A DNA stretch of 64,000 nt, from IMG/VR virus record IMGVR_UViG_3300042402_004372; one strand, given 5' to 3'. The notes under the pieces were generated by a model that did no database searches, had not been told where the DNA came from, and saw nothing but the letters and a program-made list of their open reading frames with translations. The position numbers were made by a program, and so were the translations under genes. Shown here one piece after another: positions 30,786-39,873 of the stretch (position 1 is its first letter; each line of letters starts with the position of its first letter). The stretch is from a virus.

Positions 30786-32615
30786 ATGGCCCGCTTAAGA
30801 ATTGAAACCGCCCCTGAAATTACAGTTTTTGATGAAGCCTTTATAGTTAAAGCAGCCGCTAATGCTACAGCGCCTTTAATTCAATTTCAGAACGCATCAG
30901 GAAACGTAGGCAACATATCAGCAAATGGAGTTTTAACAGTAGCTTCAGTCATTGCACAAAGTGCAGGAACAAGCTCTACAGACTTAGCCACAAGAGGTTA
31001 TGTTGAATCATTAGCTGCTGGTATTAACTGGCATGAAGGAGTTCATGCAGCTACAACAACCGCTTTGCCATCATGTGTTTATGGAAATGGAACAGCAGGA
31101 GTTGAGGCATATCTTGAGGCTTCAGTAAATGGTGCTTTCCCAACCATAGATGGTGTAACTGTAGAACATCTTTTGCGTGTTTTAGTAAAAAATCAAGCAG
31201 ATGCTAAGCAAAATGGTATTTATCAACTGTACACAGTAGGTAGTGGATCCACAAAATGGAAACTAGTACGTAGCAGTGATGCAAATAACAGCATAGCAGG
31301 ACAGGTAGCACCTGGAGATTCCGTATACGTTTTATCTGGAACTACAAATGCTAATTCCGGTTTTGCTTTGACGTCTATCGGTACTGGAACCAATAGAGCA
31401 ATAATCATTGGAACCGACAATATAACTTGGACACTTTTTGCTGGAGCTCAAACAGTTCTGGCAGGTAATGGAATACTTAAAACAGATCAAGTATATAGCG
31501 TAGTAGCTGAACCAAGTGCAGGAATCTCAGTCACTTCTAATGGAGTAGCTTTATCTACAGTAGCCGCAAACATTGGTTCTGGTGCAGAGACTACTTCTTT
31601 CCTTAGTAATGTAGCATTAGATGCTTATGGAAGAGTTACAAGTAAAGAGTTTTCAAACGTGTCATTTGCTGGATTTGCACCACTCGCAAATGCAACATTT
31701 ACCGGCACCATCACCTTGCCAGCAACAACATCAATTGGTAATGTTACTGCAACAGAAATTGGATATGTAGACGGTGTAACATCCGCAATTCAAACTCAGA
31801 TAGACCTTAAAGCGCCTCTTGCTAATCCTACGTTTACAGGAACAGTTGCGGGTATTACGAAATCAATGATCAGTCTTGGAAACGTTGATAATACTGCAGA
31901 CTCTTCAAAGCCAGTTTCTACGGCACAACAAACAGCGTTAGACTTAAAAGCTAACATAGCATCACCAGATTTAACAGGAACTCCCACTGCACCAACAGCG
32001 AATGTTGCAACAAATACAACTCAGATTGCCACTACAGCTTTTGTTCGAGCAGAAGTTGCAGCACTTGTTAATAGTGCTCCAGCGACACTTGATACTTTAG
32101 GTGAAATTGCAACTTCACTTGCTAACAACGCTACTTTATCAACTACATTAACTGATGCAATTGCGCTTAAGGCTCCGTTAGCTAGTCCAACGTTCACTGG
32201 AACTGTAACACTACCTGCTAATACGGTAACAAGTACAATGATCGCAGAAGGAACAATCGTTAATGCCGATATATCAGCAACTGCTGCAATTGAGCAGAAT
32301 AAGATTGCAGATACAATCTTAAATCAACAAGTAGCTTCTTATACACTTGTATTAGCTGATAAAAATAAATTAGTTGAAATAAGCAACGCTTCAGCTAATA
32401 CTTTAACAGTTCCGCCTAACTCTTCAGTAGCCTTTCCTATAGGTTCAACTATTACAATTTTACAAACTGGAGCAGGTCAATGCACATTGACAGCTGGTGC
32501 TGGAGTAACGGTTAACGGAACTCCAGGACTTAAGTTGCGTACAACTTGGTCGTCTGCTACACTTATTAAGCGCGCAACTGATACATGGGTTGCCCTAGGA
32601 GATATGGTAGCATAA
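30786..32615 (+). CDS. Tail fibre / adhesin-like protein
   Basis: 609 aa. C-terminal module VNGTPGLKLRTTWSSATLIKRATDTWVALGDMVA is paralogous to the end of the 20690..23854 product. Confidence 0.78.
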   Translation: MARLRIETAPEITVFDEAFIVKAAANATAPLIQFQNASGNVGNISANGVLTVASVIAQSAGTSSTDLATRGYVESLAAGINWHEGVHAATTTALPSCVYGNGTAGVEAYLEASVNGAFPTIDGVTVEHLLRVLVKNQADAKQNGIYQLYTVGSGSTKWKLVRSSDANNSIAGQVAPGDSVYVLSGTTNANSGFALTSIGTGTNRAIIIGTDNITWTLFAGAQTVLAGNGILKTDQVYSVVAEPSAGISVTSNGVALSTVAANIGSGAETTSFLSNVALDAYGRVTSKEFSNVSFAGFAPLANATFTGTITLPATTSIGNVTATEIGYVDGVTSAIQTQIDLKAPLANPTFTGTVAGITKSMISLGNVDNTADSSKPVSTAQQTALDLKANIASPDLTGTPTAPTANVATNTTQIATTAFVRAEVAALVNSAPATLDTLGEIATSLANNATLSTTLTDAIALKAPLASPTFTGTVTLPANTVTSTMIAEGTIVNADISATAAIEQNKIADTILNQQVASYTLVLADKNKLVEISNASANTLTVPPNSSVAFPIGSTITILQTGAGQCTLTAGAGVTVNGTPGLKLRTTWSSATLIKRATDTWVALGDMVA

Positions 32616-32616
32616 C

Positions 32617-33004
32617 ATGACAGTTAACAACAATGAAGGTCCAAAGTCTAAAAGAAAAAGAGCTAAGCCTACAATAGCTGCACGGAACCGCTAAGGCTAC
32701 AGCCAATACTACAATCACAAATGCAGGCTTTACTGTTGGATCAGTAACAACAACCCCAACACAAAATTCAGGTTTAAATGATGTTGTAACTCCAGCTCTT
32801 ACCGACGAGACAGTAACAATATTGGGAACAGCTATCGACTATACTGTTGGAGCTTTTTCTCCTCCAACATTTTTTGGTCCACCAGCGTTCTTTGCTCCTC
32901 CAGGATTCTTTGCTCCTCCGGGATTCTTTGGTCCTCCGGGGTTCTTTTCTCCTCCGGGATTCTTTGGTCCTCCGGGATTCTTTGTTCCTCCAGCTTTTAA
33001 ATAA
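32617..33004 (+). CDS. Collagen-like (GPP-GFF)n protein, paralogue of 23857-24361, +1 frame change at CGG 32683
   Basis: MTVNNNEGPKSKRKRAKPTIAA-[CGGA]-TAKATANTTITNAGFTVGSVTTTPTQNSGLNDVVTPALTDETVTILGTAIDYTVGAFSPPTFFGPPAFFAPPGFF…. Confidence 0.82.
32683..32686 (+). promoter_or_regulatory. CGG recoding site 10 (CGGA)
   Basis: GCA CGG AAC CGC TAA; +1 GGA ACC GCT AAG. Confidence 0.87.
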
Positions 33005-33006
33005 AG

Positions 33007-33699
33007 CTAAAAAGATTTAACAGCGTAAAAAGCTGGAATAACCCATCTAGTTCCAGATAATACTGGAGTTACTCCGTGAATATAATTCACGTCTCCCGGA
33101 TGAGAAACGGCCATACCAGCTACTGGTCTTAGTTTCTTTTTATGTTGAGTGTAGAATAGTTCTCCGCCAATATAATCATCATTAATATAAAATAATGAAT
33201 TAATATCATAGTCAGGAAAAGCATTAGGTCTTCCATCCTGCAGCTGCTTGTCAGCATGTGCTATCTGAAAATCTCCTGGTCTCCAGCAAACAATTACCGG
33301 TGGTCTTTTCTCGACAAAACAATTATAATTTTTATTTATTTTTTCAGTCATTTTATCTATATAAAAATCAATTAAGTCATAGATGTCTCTATCTAGTTTT
33401 TTTACTATATAGGAACTACAAGTTCTATTCAACCAAACATCAGCACCATATTTAATGGTGCCGTCCTCATGGTATTCACTTTCTTTTGAATTATCCCATT
33501 CATCTATTTTTTTTACAAAATTTTGTAGAGACAATAAATCTGTTTCATCAATAAAATTTTCTATAATTTTGATATTATTAGGAGAGTCTCCAAATGTTCC
33601 AGGTAAAACCTTCCAGGGTTTTTCTTCAGTTATCTGTTCATTGAACATGAGCACCTTCTTAAGCGTTGTGGTATACTGAGATATATAAAAGTATACCAT
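33007..33699 (-). CDS. 2-oxoglutarate/Fe(II) oxygenase, prolyl-4-hydroxylase-like
   Basis: HxD…H…R arrangement: FQIAHADKQ … YINDDYIGGELFY … HGVTPVLSGTRWVIPAFY. Confidence 0.8.
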   Translation of the reverse strand: MVYFYISQYTTTLKKVLMFNEQITEEKPWKVLPGTFGDSPNNIKIIENFIDETDLLSLQNFVKKIDEWDNSKESEYHEDGTIKYGADVWLNRTCSSYIVKKLDRDIYDLIDFYIDKMTEKINKNYNCFVEKRPPVIVCWRPGDFQIAHADKQLQDGRPNAFPDYDINSLFYINDDYIGGELFYTQHKKKLRPVAGMAVSHPGDVNYIHGVTPVLSGTRWVIPAFYAVKSF

Positions 33700-33722
33700 A
33701 CTAAGAAAGTAAAGGTAGTCCT

Positions 33723-34484
33723 GTGGATCTCAATGCTCAGTGTGTTTATGACCCTAGATTAGGCATAGTATTATATAAAAATGCACTAGTTAATTCGCCA
33801 GCTATTATAGATAGGCTTGAAAACGGACTTCAACAAAGTTTTAATCCAAGATTTAAATGGTCTTTAGCTACAACAGGTGACGAGAATATTGATACTAGTT
33901 ATAGAAATTGTAGTGATTTTAAGATTCATCCAGATAATACTAAATGGGAAATGTTTCCAGAAATAGAAGATATAAAAAATATAACATTTGAGATTAAAGA
34001 CATTCTTATGTGCGCATTATATGATTATGAAGTAAGGTATCCTGCTGCTAATAAAATGGATTTTATGGAAAGTTTTAACTTTGTTAAATATGGTCCGGGA
34101 GAATACTTTAAGCCACACACAGACCATGGGTTTAGCTACAACGCTACAGTATCTTGTGTCCTGTATTTAAATGACGACTATGATGGTGGAGAATTAGCAT
34201 TTAATAGTTTAGGTTTCAAAATTAAACCTAAGGCTGGGGATTTAATATTTTTTCCTTCAAATTATATATTTGTACACAGTTCAGAGCCAGTTACTTCGGG
34301 AATGAAATATTCAGTAGTAACAATGTTTGATTATAATGAAAGAACACATAAAAATTTTCAATATGGCTATAACCTAGACGGTTCTCTCGCTGATCCCAAC
34401 GCAGGACGCGGACCAAGATTTACTGATAAAATAGTGCAACCGCTAAAACAACTTGATGCAGACTATAGATTAATTGGAGCATAA
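33723..34484 (+). CDS. 2-oxoglutarate/Fe(II) oxygenase, prolyl-4-hydroxylase-like
   Basis: YFKPHTDHGFSYNATVSCVLYLNDDYDGGELAF … FVHSSEPVTSGMKYSVVTMF. Confidence 0.82.
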   Translation: MDLNAQCVYDPRLGIVLYKNALVNSPAIIDRLENGLQQSFNPRFKWSLATTGDENIDTSYRNCSDFKIHPDNTKWEMFPEIEDIKNITFEIKDILMCALYDYEVRYPAANKMDFMESFNFVKYGPGEYFKPHTDHGFSYNATVSCVLYLNDDYDGGELAFNSLGFKIKPKAGDLIFFPSNYIFVHSSEPVTSGMKYSVVTMFDYNERTHKNFQYGYNLDGSLADPNAGRGPRFTDKIVQPLKQLDADYRLIGA

Positions 34485-35222
34485 ATGACAAAAGTAACAT
34501 TATCAAGAACACATCATAATTCAGTTGAAATAAAACAATCTCGCCTCAAGAGAGATTGGATGGACAATACATATAATAAACACGCCTACCAGTGCACTCC
34601 TGTAACCACGGCAAATGTTAGCGGATGGGAAATGATTCTTCCAGAAGAATTGGTCGTGATTTGGGATGGAGGACCTAGTCCAGCAAGAATAATTAGCGGT
34701 GGTGTTCATAATGGTTTTCAATTTGCTCATTCAAACATACATGGGATGATATCAATTGCAACTGGTTGGGCAATAAACACAGAAGAAGGCTACAGTCTGT
34801 GGACAACTGGTTCACCAAACTATTATGTAGATGGTGCTTCACCAATGACCGCTAGTATCCCAAGTAGTTGGTGGCCAGATGAGGTGCAAACAAATTGGGT
34901 AATCCATAAAGTAAATGAACCAGTTATATTTCCTAAGGGAAGTCCATTTTTATTTTTTACCATTTATCCAACAGACTTACTGCCAAGCGTTGAGTTTGAA
35001 GTTATCAATAGGTGGGATGATAAAGAGTTAGAAGAATCAAGAAGAAAATATAACGATTTAAAAATAAAAAATTCACAAGAAAAACCATGGACATGGGTAA
35101 AAGGAATAAAAACTGGCGTAGACGCAGATGGTAAAAAAATTGGTCCAGTAACCAAGGGAATTCTAAAGTTGAATGAATTAGACAATGTAGTAGGAGAAAA
35201 TAATTATGATGAACTTCAATGA
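34485..35222 (+). CDS. Hypothetical protein of the type found in phage accessory clusters
   Basis: Intact 245-aa ORF; no confident family call. Confidence 0.5.
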   Translation: MTKVTLSRTHHNSVEIKQSRLKRDWMDNTYNKHAYQCTPVTTANVSGWEMILPEELVVIWDGGPSPARIISGGVHNGFQFAHSNIHGMISIATGWAINTEEGYSLWTTGSPNYYVDGASPMTASIPSSWWPDEVQTNWVIHKVNEPVIFPKGSPFLFFTIYPTDLLPSVEFEVINRWDDKELEESRRKYNDLKIKNSQEKPWTWVKGIKTGVDADGKKIGPVTKGILKLNELDNVVGENNYDELQ

Positions 35223-36096
35223 CGTTGAAGGAAAGCATTTGGGTGGTGGAGTTGTTCTGTTCGAGAACGCAGCATCCGTAGATTGGGATTGGATGTATAA
35301 ATTCTGTGAAAGAAGTATAGAACAAGAAAAAGCAGAAATGTATTCACTTACTACTCATCCAAATACCGGTGAAGAAGTCTACGTTAATAATAGTGGTTAT
35401 TATTTTCCTATTGAGACGATTGAAGAAATGCCGTATAGAGCAACGAGAATACATAGAGACAAAGAACTTCAAGCGATGAAAACATTAGCTTTTATTGATG
35501 AAGTTAAATATAAGTGTTTATTAAAATATATAGAAATGTTTCCTTTAGTATATAAATGTGTTTGGTGGCAAAGTAGGGGTCACATAACACAATATAAATC
35601 AAATATTTATATGGGCCCACATGCAGACATACAAACAGATTACATGTATGGTGTTCCACATCCGAGCCAACAATTAGCTATGAAAAATGTGGTTGGTACA
35701 ATATTCTACATTAACGACAGTGTTAAATCAGAGAGTGAACTTAACGGAAAGAATTTTACGGGTGGTTCTCATTACTTTCCTTATTTGGATATAGAGTATA
35801 CTCCTAAAAGGGGAGATGTATTAATGTTTCCTAGTGATTATATGGCAGCCCATCAGGTAAGGCCAACTGGCGGCGGCGTAAGATACGCTTACCTAGGTTG
35901 GTATTGTCATGGTAGCCCAAATAAAGAATTAAATGAAAATGTTCTTGATCCATTAGAAGACCCAGCAAATTCTACAATGGCAGTAAATGTTTATCTTCCA
36001 TTTCTTAGACAAGACTACTTAAAGCAGATTGAAGGAAAAGGATATAAAGAGGAATCAATGCAGTATCTTGTAGCTTTAAATATGGAGCAATATTAA
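35206..36096 (+). CDS. 2-oxoglutarate/Fe(II) oxygenase-like
   Basis: GPHADIQTDYMYG … VVGTIFYINDS … GGSHYFPYLDIEYTPKRGDVLMFPSDYMAAHQVRPTGGGVRYAYLGWY. Confidence 0.75.
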   Translation: MMNFNDVEGKHLGGGVVLFENAASVDWDWMYKFCERSIEQEKAEMYSLTTHPNTGEEVYVNNSGYYFPIETIEEMPYRATRIHRDKELQAMKTLAFIDEVKYKCLLKYIEMFPLVYKCVWWQSRGHITQYKSNIYMGPHADIQTDYMYGVPHPSQQLAMKNVVGTIFYINDSVKSESELNGKNFTGGSHYFPYLDIEYTPKRGDVLMFPSDYMAAHQVRPTGGGVRYAYLGWYCHGSPNKELNENVLDPLEDPANSTMAVNVYLPFLRQDYLKQIEGKGYKEESMQYLVALNMEQY

Positions 36097-36323
36097 TGTC
36101 TAATATTTCAAAAGAAGAACTTGATTTAATCAAGGAAAAAACTTGTGTATATTTAACAAAATCTATTCACAAATTATGTTTTTTGCTTGGTAAAGATCCA
36201 GAAAAAGCAATGACATCAGAATCATTAAACGATCTCTTAGATGCAGAAGATGTATCTAGAATGCAAATAGATGCAATTACCTCACTATATAACCAGGTAA
36301 CTGCATTAAAAAAACTTAATTAA
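36096..36323 (+). CDS. Hypothetical protein
   Basis: Short intact ORF. Confidence 0.45.
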   Translation: MSNISKEELDLIKEKTCVYLTKSIHKLCFLLGKDPEKAMTSESLNDLLDAEDVSRMQIDAITSLYNQVTALKKLN

Positions 36324-36324
36324 T

Positions 36325-36531
36325 ATGAAACCAAAAGAAATTAGCGAAGAACTCATTCATGAGTTTACAGAAAAAATGGATGATGTAGTGCCTTCATATT
36401 CTGAAGAAGATGAAAACATTGTAATGGAAAACGGTGGCACAACTAGAGAATATGTTTTAACAAACGACTTTGCTGAAATGAATAGATATATAATACTTCC
36501 TTTGTCTCCAGGTATAGAAGATCTAATATGA
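36325..36531 (+). CDS. Hypothetical protein
   Basis: Short intact ORF. Confidence 0.4.
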   Translation: MKPKEISEELIHEFTEKMDDVVPSYSEEDENIVMENGGTTREYVLTNDFAEMNRYIILPLSPGIEDLI

Positions 36532-36824
36532 CCTATAACGCAATTGATGATCTAGCATATATAGATAAGCAGATTATCTTTTATCTCTACTGCATTGGTT
36601 TTGACGGCGCTAAAATAGATTCTTATAATATAGATGAAATCATAGCTGCTACTAGATCTATAACCTTGGCTCCAATAGATGATGTTGAATCTGGTAAATT
36701 AAATTTAGGTCAAGATCTTTCTTATTTATATTTAAAAAATCAAAGAATCTCATTAATAGGAAACATAAGAAGATTATGGCACATGCGTCAGATAGCAATG
36801 GGGGCAATCAAATATGATGTATGA
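36528..36824 (+). CDS. Hypothetical protein
   Basis: Short intact ORF with 4-nt overlap to upstream gene. Confidence 0.45.
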   Translation: MTYNAIDDLAYIDKQIIFYLYCIGFDGAKIDSYNIDEIIAATRSITLAPIDDVESGKLNLGQDLSYLYLKNQRISLIGNIRRLWHMRQIAMGAIKYDV

Positions 36825-37518
36825 AAAAGATTATTTCGATAATTTAGTTAACTTAATTAAGTATGTAGATGTGGAATCTATTGATGAATCAATAAAAAAA
36901 AGTAAAAATGTTAAAAACTATTTAGATACTTTATCTTTAGATAAAAGAAAAATAGCTGCAGGGATGGATTTCTTAATTTGGTATTTTGATGTATTTAGTC
37001 AAGAAACTCATTTCTGGAACACTAATCAAGCATACTACTATGCGGCTAACACTCATGAGTTTGGGTTCTTAACCGCTAATCCTAAAACATCTTTAATGAC
37101 CCTCCCAGCATTTAATACAGGACTAGTTAGATTGATGCAAAAAAGATCAAAGCTAACACTCCTTAATAATTATCAATTAAATCTATTTGAAAGAATAATA
37201 AAAAAAGATAATGAAGATTGGGATTATAATACCATTTCGATGCAAGATATAGAGTCAAGTAATGCCGGGACCTATGATTTTATCTGTATGAGCATACATG
37301 ACGTTTTACATGATCCTGAATTAGTAGTTAAATTTTATAACATGCTAAACAAAAATGGCACCATAATGATGCTCTATACTGGAACTGATTCTCTATATAA
37401 AGATGAGTCTGTTTTTACAGATTTTTACGAAGTTCACGAGTATCTTAAAAATATAGAGAATTCTTGCGTTTACCATAATCCAACCGGGGCCGCTGTTACA
37501 TATGCAGTAAAACTGTAG
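36814..37518 (+). CDS. SAM-dependent methyltransferase-like protein
   Basis: SNAGTYDFICMSIHDVLHDPELVVKFYNMLNKNGTIMMLYTG resembles late Rossmann MTase strands; motif I not clear. Confidence 0.4.
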   Translation: MMYEKDYFDNLVNLIKYVDVESIDESIKKSKNVKNYLDTLSLDKRKIAAGMDFLIWYFDVFSQETHFWNTNQAYYYAANTHEFGFLTANPKTSLMTLPAFNTGLVRLMQKRSKLTLLNNYQLNLFERIIKKDNEDWDYNTISMQDIESSNAGTYDFICMSIHDVLHDPELVVKFYNMLNKNGTIMMLYTGTDSLYKDESVFTDFYEVHEYLKNIENSCVYHNPTGAAVTYAVKL

Positions 37519-37531
37519 TACTATATATATT

Positions 37532-38209
37532 ATGATTATTATAGACAAATACATAAAAGATCAGATTCTATTAGATGAAATTAAATATACCAAAGACTTT
37601 TTCCCGGAGTCAATGGGTGATGAAGATCGCATTGCAATTGTTTTAAATGGATATCATGATGAGTTATCCGATTGTTTTGCCCCTTATATGTTCTGGGATG
37701 GGTGGCATAAGTCTGAGGCAAATACACCAAGGAAAAGATTAATTAAAGCAATCTGGGAAAATAATCTTCCTTTTCCAATTGAGGAATTGTGCGGATTTGA
37801 GTATTGGACTAGGACTTTCAAGCCAGGACAATTCTTAGATGTTCACGTAGATGAGGATACTTTTCTATACGCAGATACCAAAATCTTCAGAGGGCCAAAA
37901 ATTGGATGTGTGTACTATCCGGAAACAAATGATGTTGTTGGTGGCTTCTTAGAGCTTCACCCTAAAGCTGTATCAGAAGACACTCCAAACGCCCTTGAGA
38001 GAGAAAATATGGATACACTAGTTGTTCCAATTGAACTCAGAGAAAGAATAGCCTGTCTGCCAAATAGGTTAATTATTTTCGATGCTGGTCACGTTATACA
38101 CAATACAACCCCGCCAATTTCCGGGGTGAGAAGGGTTGTGGTTATCAACGTTTGGCACAGGGATAGTCCCCCAATAGCCTTAAAGGCTAACAAGTTTTAT
38201 TACGAATAA
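37532..38209 (+). CDS. 2-oxoglutarate/Fe(II) oxygenase-like
   Basis: PGQFLDVHVDEDTFLY … VVGGFLELHPKAV … RLIIFDAGHVIHNTTPPISGVRRVVVINVWHRD. Confidence 0.75.
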   Translation: MIIIDKYIKDQILLDEIKYTKDFFPESMGDEDRIAIVLNGYHDELSDCFAPYMFWDGWHKSEANTPRKRLIKAIWENNLPFPIEELCGFEYWTRTFKPGQFLDVHVDEDTFLYADTKIFRGPKIGCVYYPETNDVVGGFLELHPKAVSEDTPNALERENMDTLVVPIELRERIACLPNRLIIFDAGHVIHNTTPPISGVRRVVVINVWHRDSPPIALKANKFYYE

Positions 38210-38261
38210 TAATTCAACTTTATATCATTACTATATAGTTAATACTTTTTAAAGGACATTT

Positions 38262-38558
38262 ATGTTATATAATGACATTATTGACTATAACCAATCTGGT
38301 ATTCAATACAATGGAACTATTGTTTTAATAATAGAGGGAATATCAAATCCTGTCATTTTAAATGATATAAAAGTTAACTTTGGTGGAAAAGAAGACTATT
38401 CAGTAGCTTCTTCAATAGGCGTAATAAGTGTAGATTTAGCTCCAACTGGAGTAATAACAATACAAGCTCTTGAAAAAGAAGGAGCTGCGCTTATTCAAGC
38501 AAGTGAAATAACCATACATTCTGGCACGCTTATTAGTATCCAGTATCAGAGTGAATAA
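38262..38558 (+). CDS. Hypothetical protein
   Basis: Intact ORF. Confidence 0.45.
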   Translation: MLYNDIIDYNQSGIQYNGTIVLIIEGISNPVILNDIKVNFGGKEDYSVASSIGVISVDLAPTGVITIQALEKEGAALIQASEITIHSGTLISIQYQSE

Positions 38559-38617
38559 CCTCACCAACACAATTTAAAGTACTACTATATAAATATCTAC
38601 TTTTTAAAGAGGGAAAA

Positions 38618-39508
38618 ATGGCAAATATACTAGTCAATGATACTGTACGTCTAAAGGTTAAGTTCATTGACGTAGATGCGAATGGTAATCAGGTAGAAGT
38701 TTCTCCCGTATCGGTTTCTATGAGCATAACGAATTCAAGTAATGTGCTAATAATATCAGCTACTCCCGCTTCCCTTAGTAGCTCTGAATTTTACTATGAC
38801 TATACCCCATCAGCACCTGGCACGTATAAGGTTTCTTTTAATGGTATTTTAGCAAATAATACTACGATTAGTGTTAATCAGCAGATATATGTGAGCACTC
38901 CGACAGAAGATTATAAGCCAACAGTCTTCTTGAGAGAAGATGAAATAATAGCTTTTGCAGCGGATATAGAGCCATTGTATCTTGATCCGGAGCAACTCCT
39001 CCCGTATTTCCCTGACGCTTCCCTTTTGGAAATAGGTGAATTTGTACATAACTATTCTATAGAAATAAAGAATATATTTAAATTATTAGAAACTGAAGAT
39101 GGAACAAATATTCCATTTACAGCATTTGAATATGTAAGAGCAGCCACCTGTTGTGAGCTGACAAGAGTTTATGGAAATGGCGGAGATGATGAGCTTTCGG
39201 TAAGGCTTGGCGATCTTTCGATAACTAACAAAAATTTACCTAGAAACACTTTAAGTAGAGCTAACGCTACCACTTGGTGTCAAATTGCAGCAATGCTTAG
39301 AAAAGAAATGTTAACATCAAAAGTTGGAATGAAAGCAGTTCAACCAAAAGGTTTACCAAGTCTTCCAACAATTGGAGCCGGAAGAACTATGGATCCATAT
39401 ACCGGATTGTCAGTTTACTACACTCCAAGAGACCTATATGGACCAACTCATATCCAGTCGCCAGACCAGAATCCAATTCCAGAAAGAGGAATAAGGAAGT
39501 ATGATTGA
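38618..39508 (+). CDS. Possible neck / head-tail adaptor protein
   Basis: Intact ORF immediately before connector-like and sheath-like genes. Confidence 0.4.
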   Translation: MANILVNDTVRLKVKFIDVDANGNQVEVSPVSVSMSITNSSNVLIISATPASLSSSEFYYDYTPSAPGTYKVSFNGILANNTTISVNQQIYVSTPTEDYKPTVFLREDEIIAFAADIEPLYLDPEQLLPYFPDASLLEIGEFVHNYSIEIKNIFKLLETEDGTNIPFTAFEYVRAATCCELTRVYGNGGDDELSVRLGDLSITNKNLPRNTLSRANATTWCQIAAMLRKEMLTSKVGMKAVQPKGLPSLPTIGAGRTMDPYTGLSVYYTPRDLYGPTHIQSPDQNPIPERGIRKYD

Positions 39509-39873
39509 TCCAAAACGCACATTAAGCAATATACTGCGTAGTTGGGGTCACAATGTATTAGTTCAAAAAGTACTAGATCAGAAAACTATGACCTATAGCC
39601 AAAAGATGCAAAGGTATACCGTAAGAGCTGTATATCCGGGAGCTCAACGGATTTGCTAATATACTAGAAGAAAACATACAAGGCTTAACCGTTAGCTCTG
39701 AAGTGATATATTATTTTCAAGATACAGCAAATATTAAATCTGGTGATAGAATATATGAAGACTATTCAAGTGGTCAGCAAATTTTTTTAGTAGACTTTTC
39801 TGCTCCAGTAAGAGGTAGAGGCGGAAAAGTAGTTTACTGGGTTGCAGGTGCGACTAGAGAAAGTAAAAATTAA
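39501..39873 (+). CDS. Small head-tail connector-like protein, +1 frame change at CGG 39648
   Basis: MIDPKRTLSNILRSWGHNVLVQKVLDQKTMTYSQKMQRYTVRAVYPGAQ-[CGGA]-FANILEENIQGLTVSSEVIYYFQDTANIKSGDRIYEDYSSGQQIFLVDFSAPVRGRGGKVVYWVAGATRESKN*. Neither half is in the ORF track. Confidence 0.75.
39648..39651 (+). promoter_or_regulatory. CGG recoding site 11 (CGGA)
   Basis: CAA CGG ATT TGC TAA; +1 GGA TTT GCT AAT. Confidence 0.87.
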
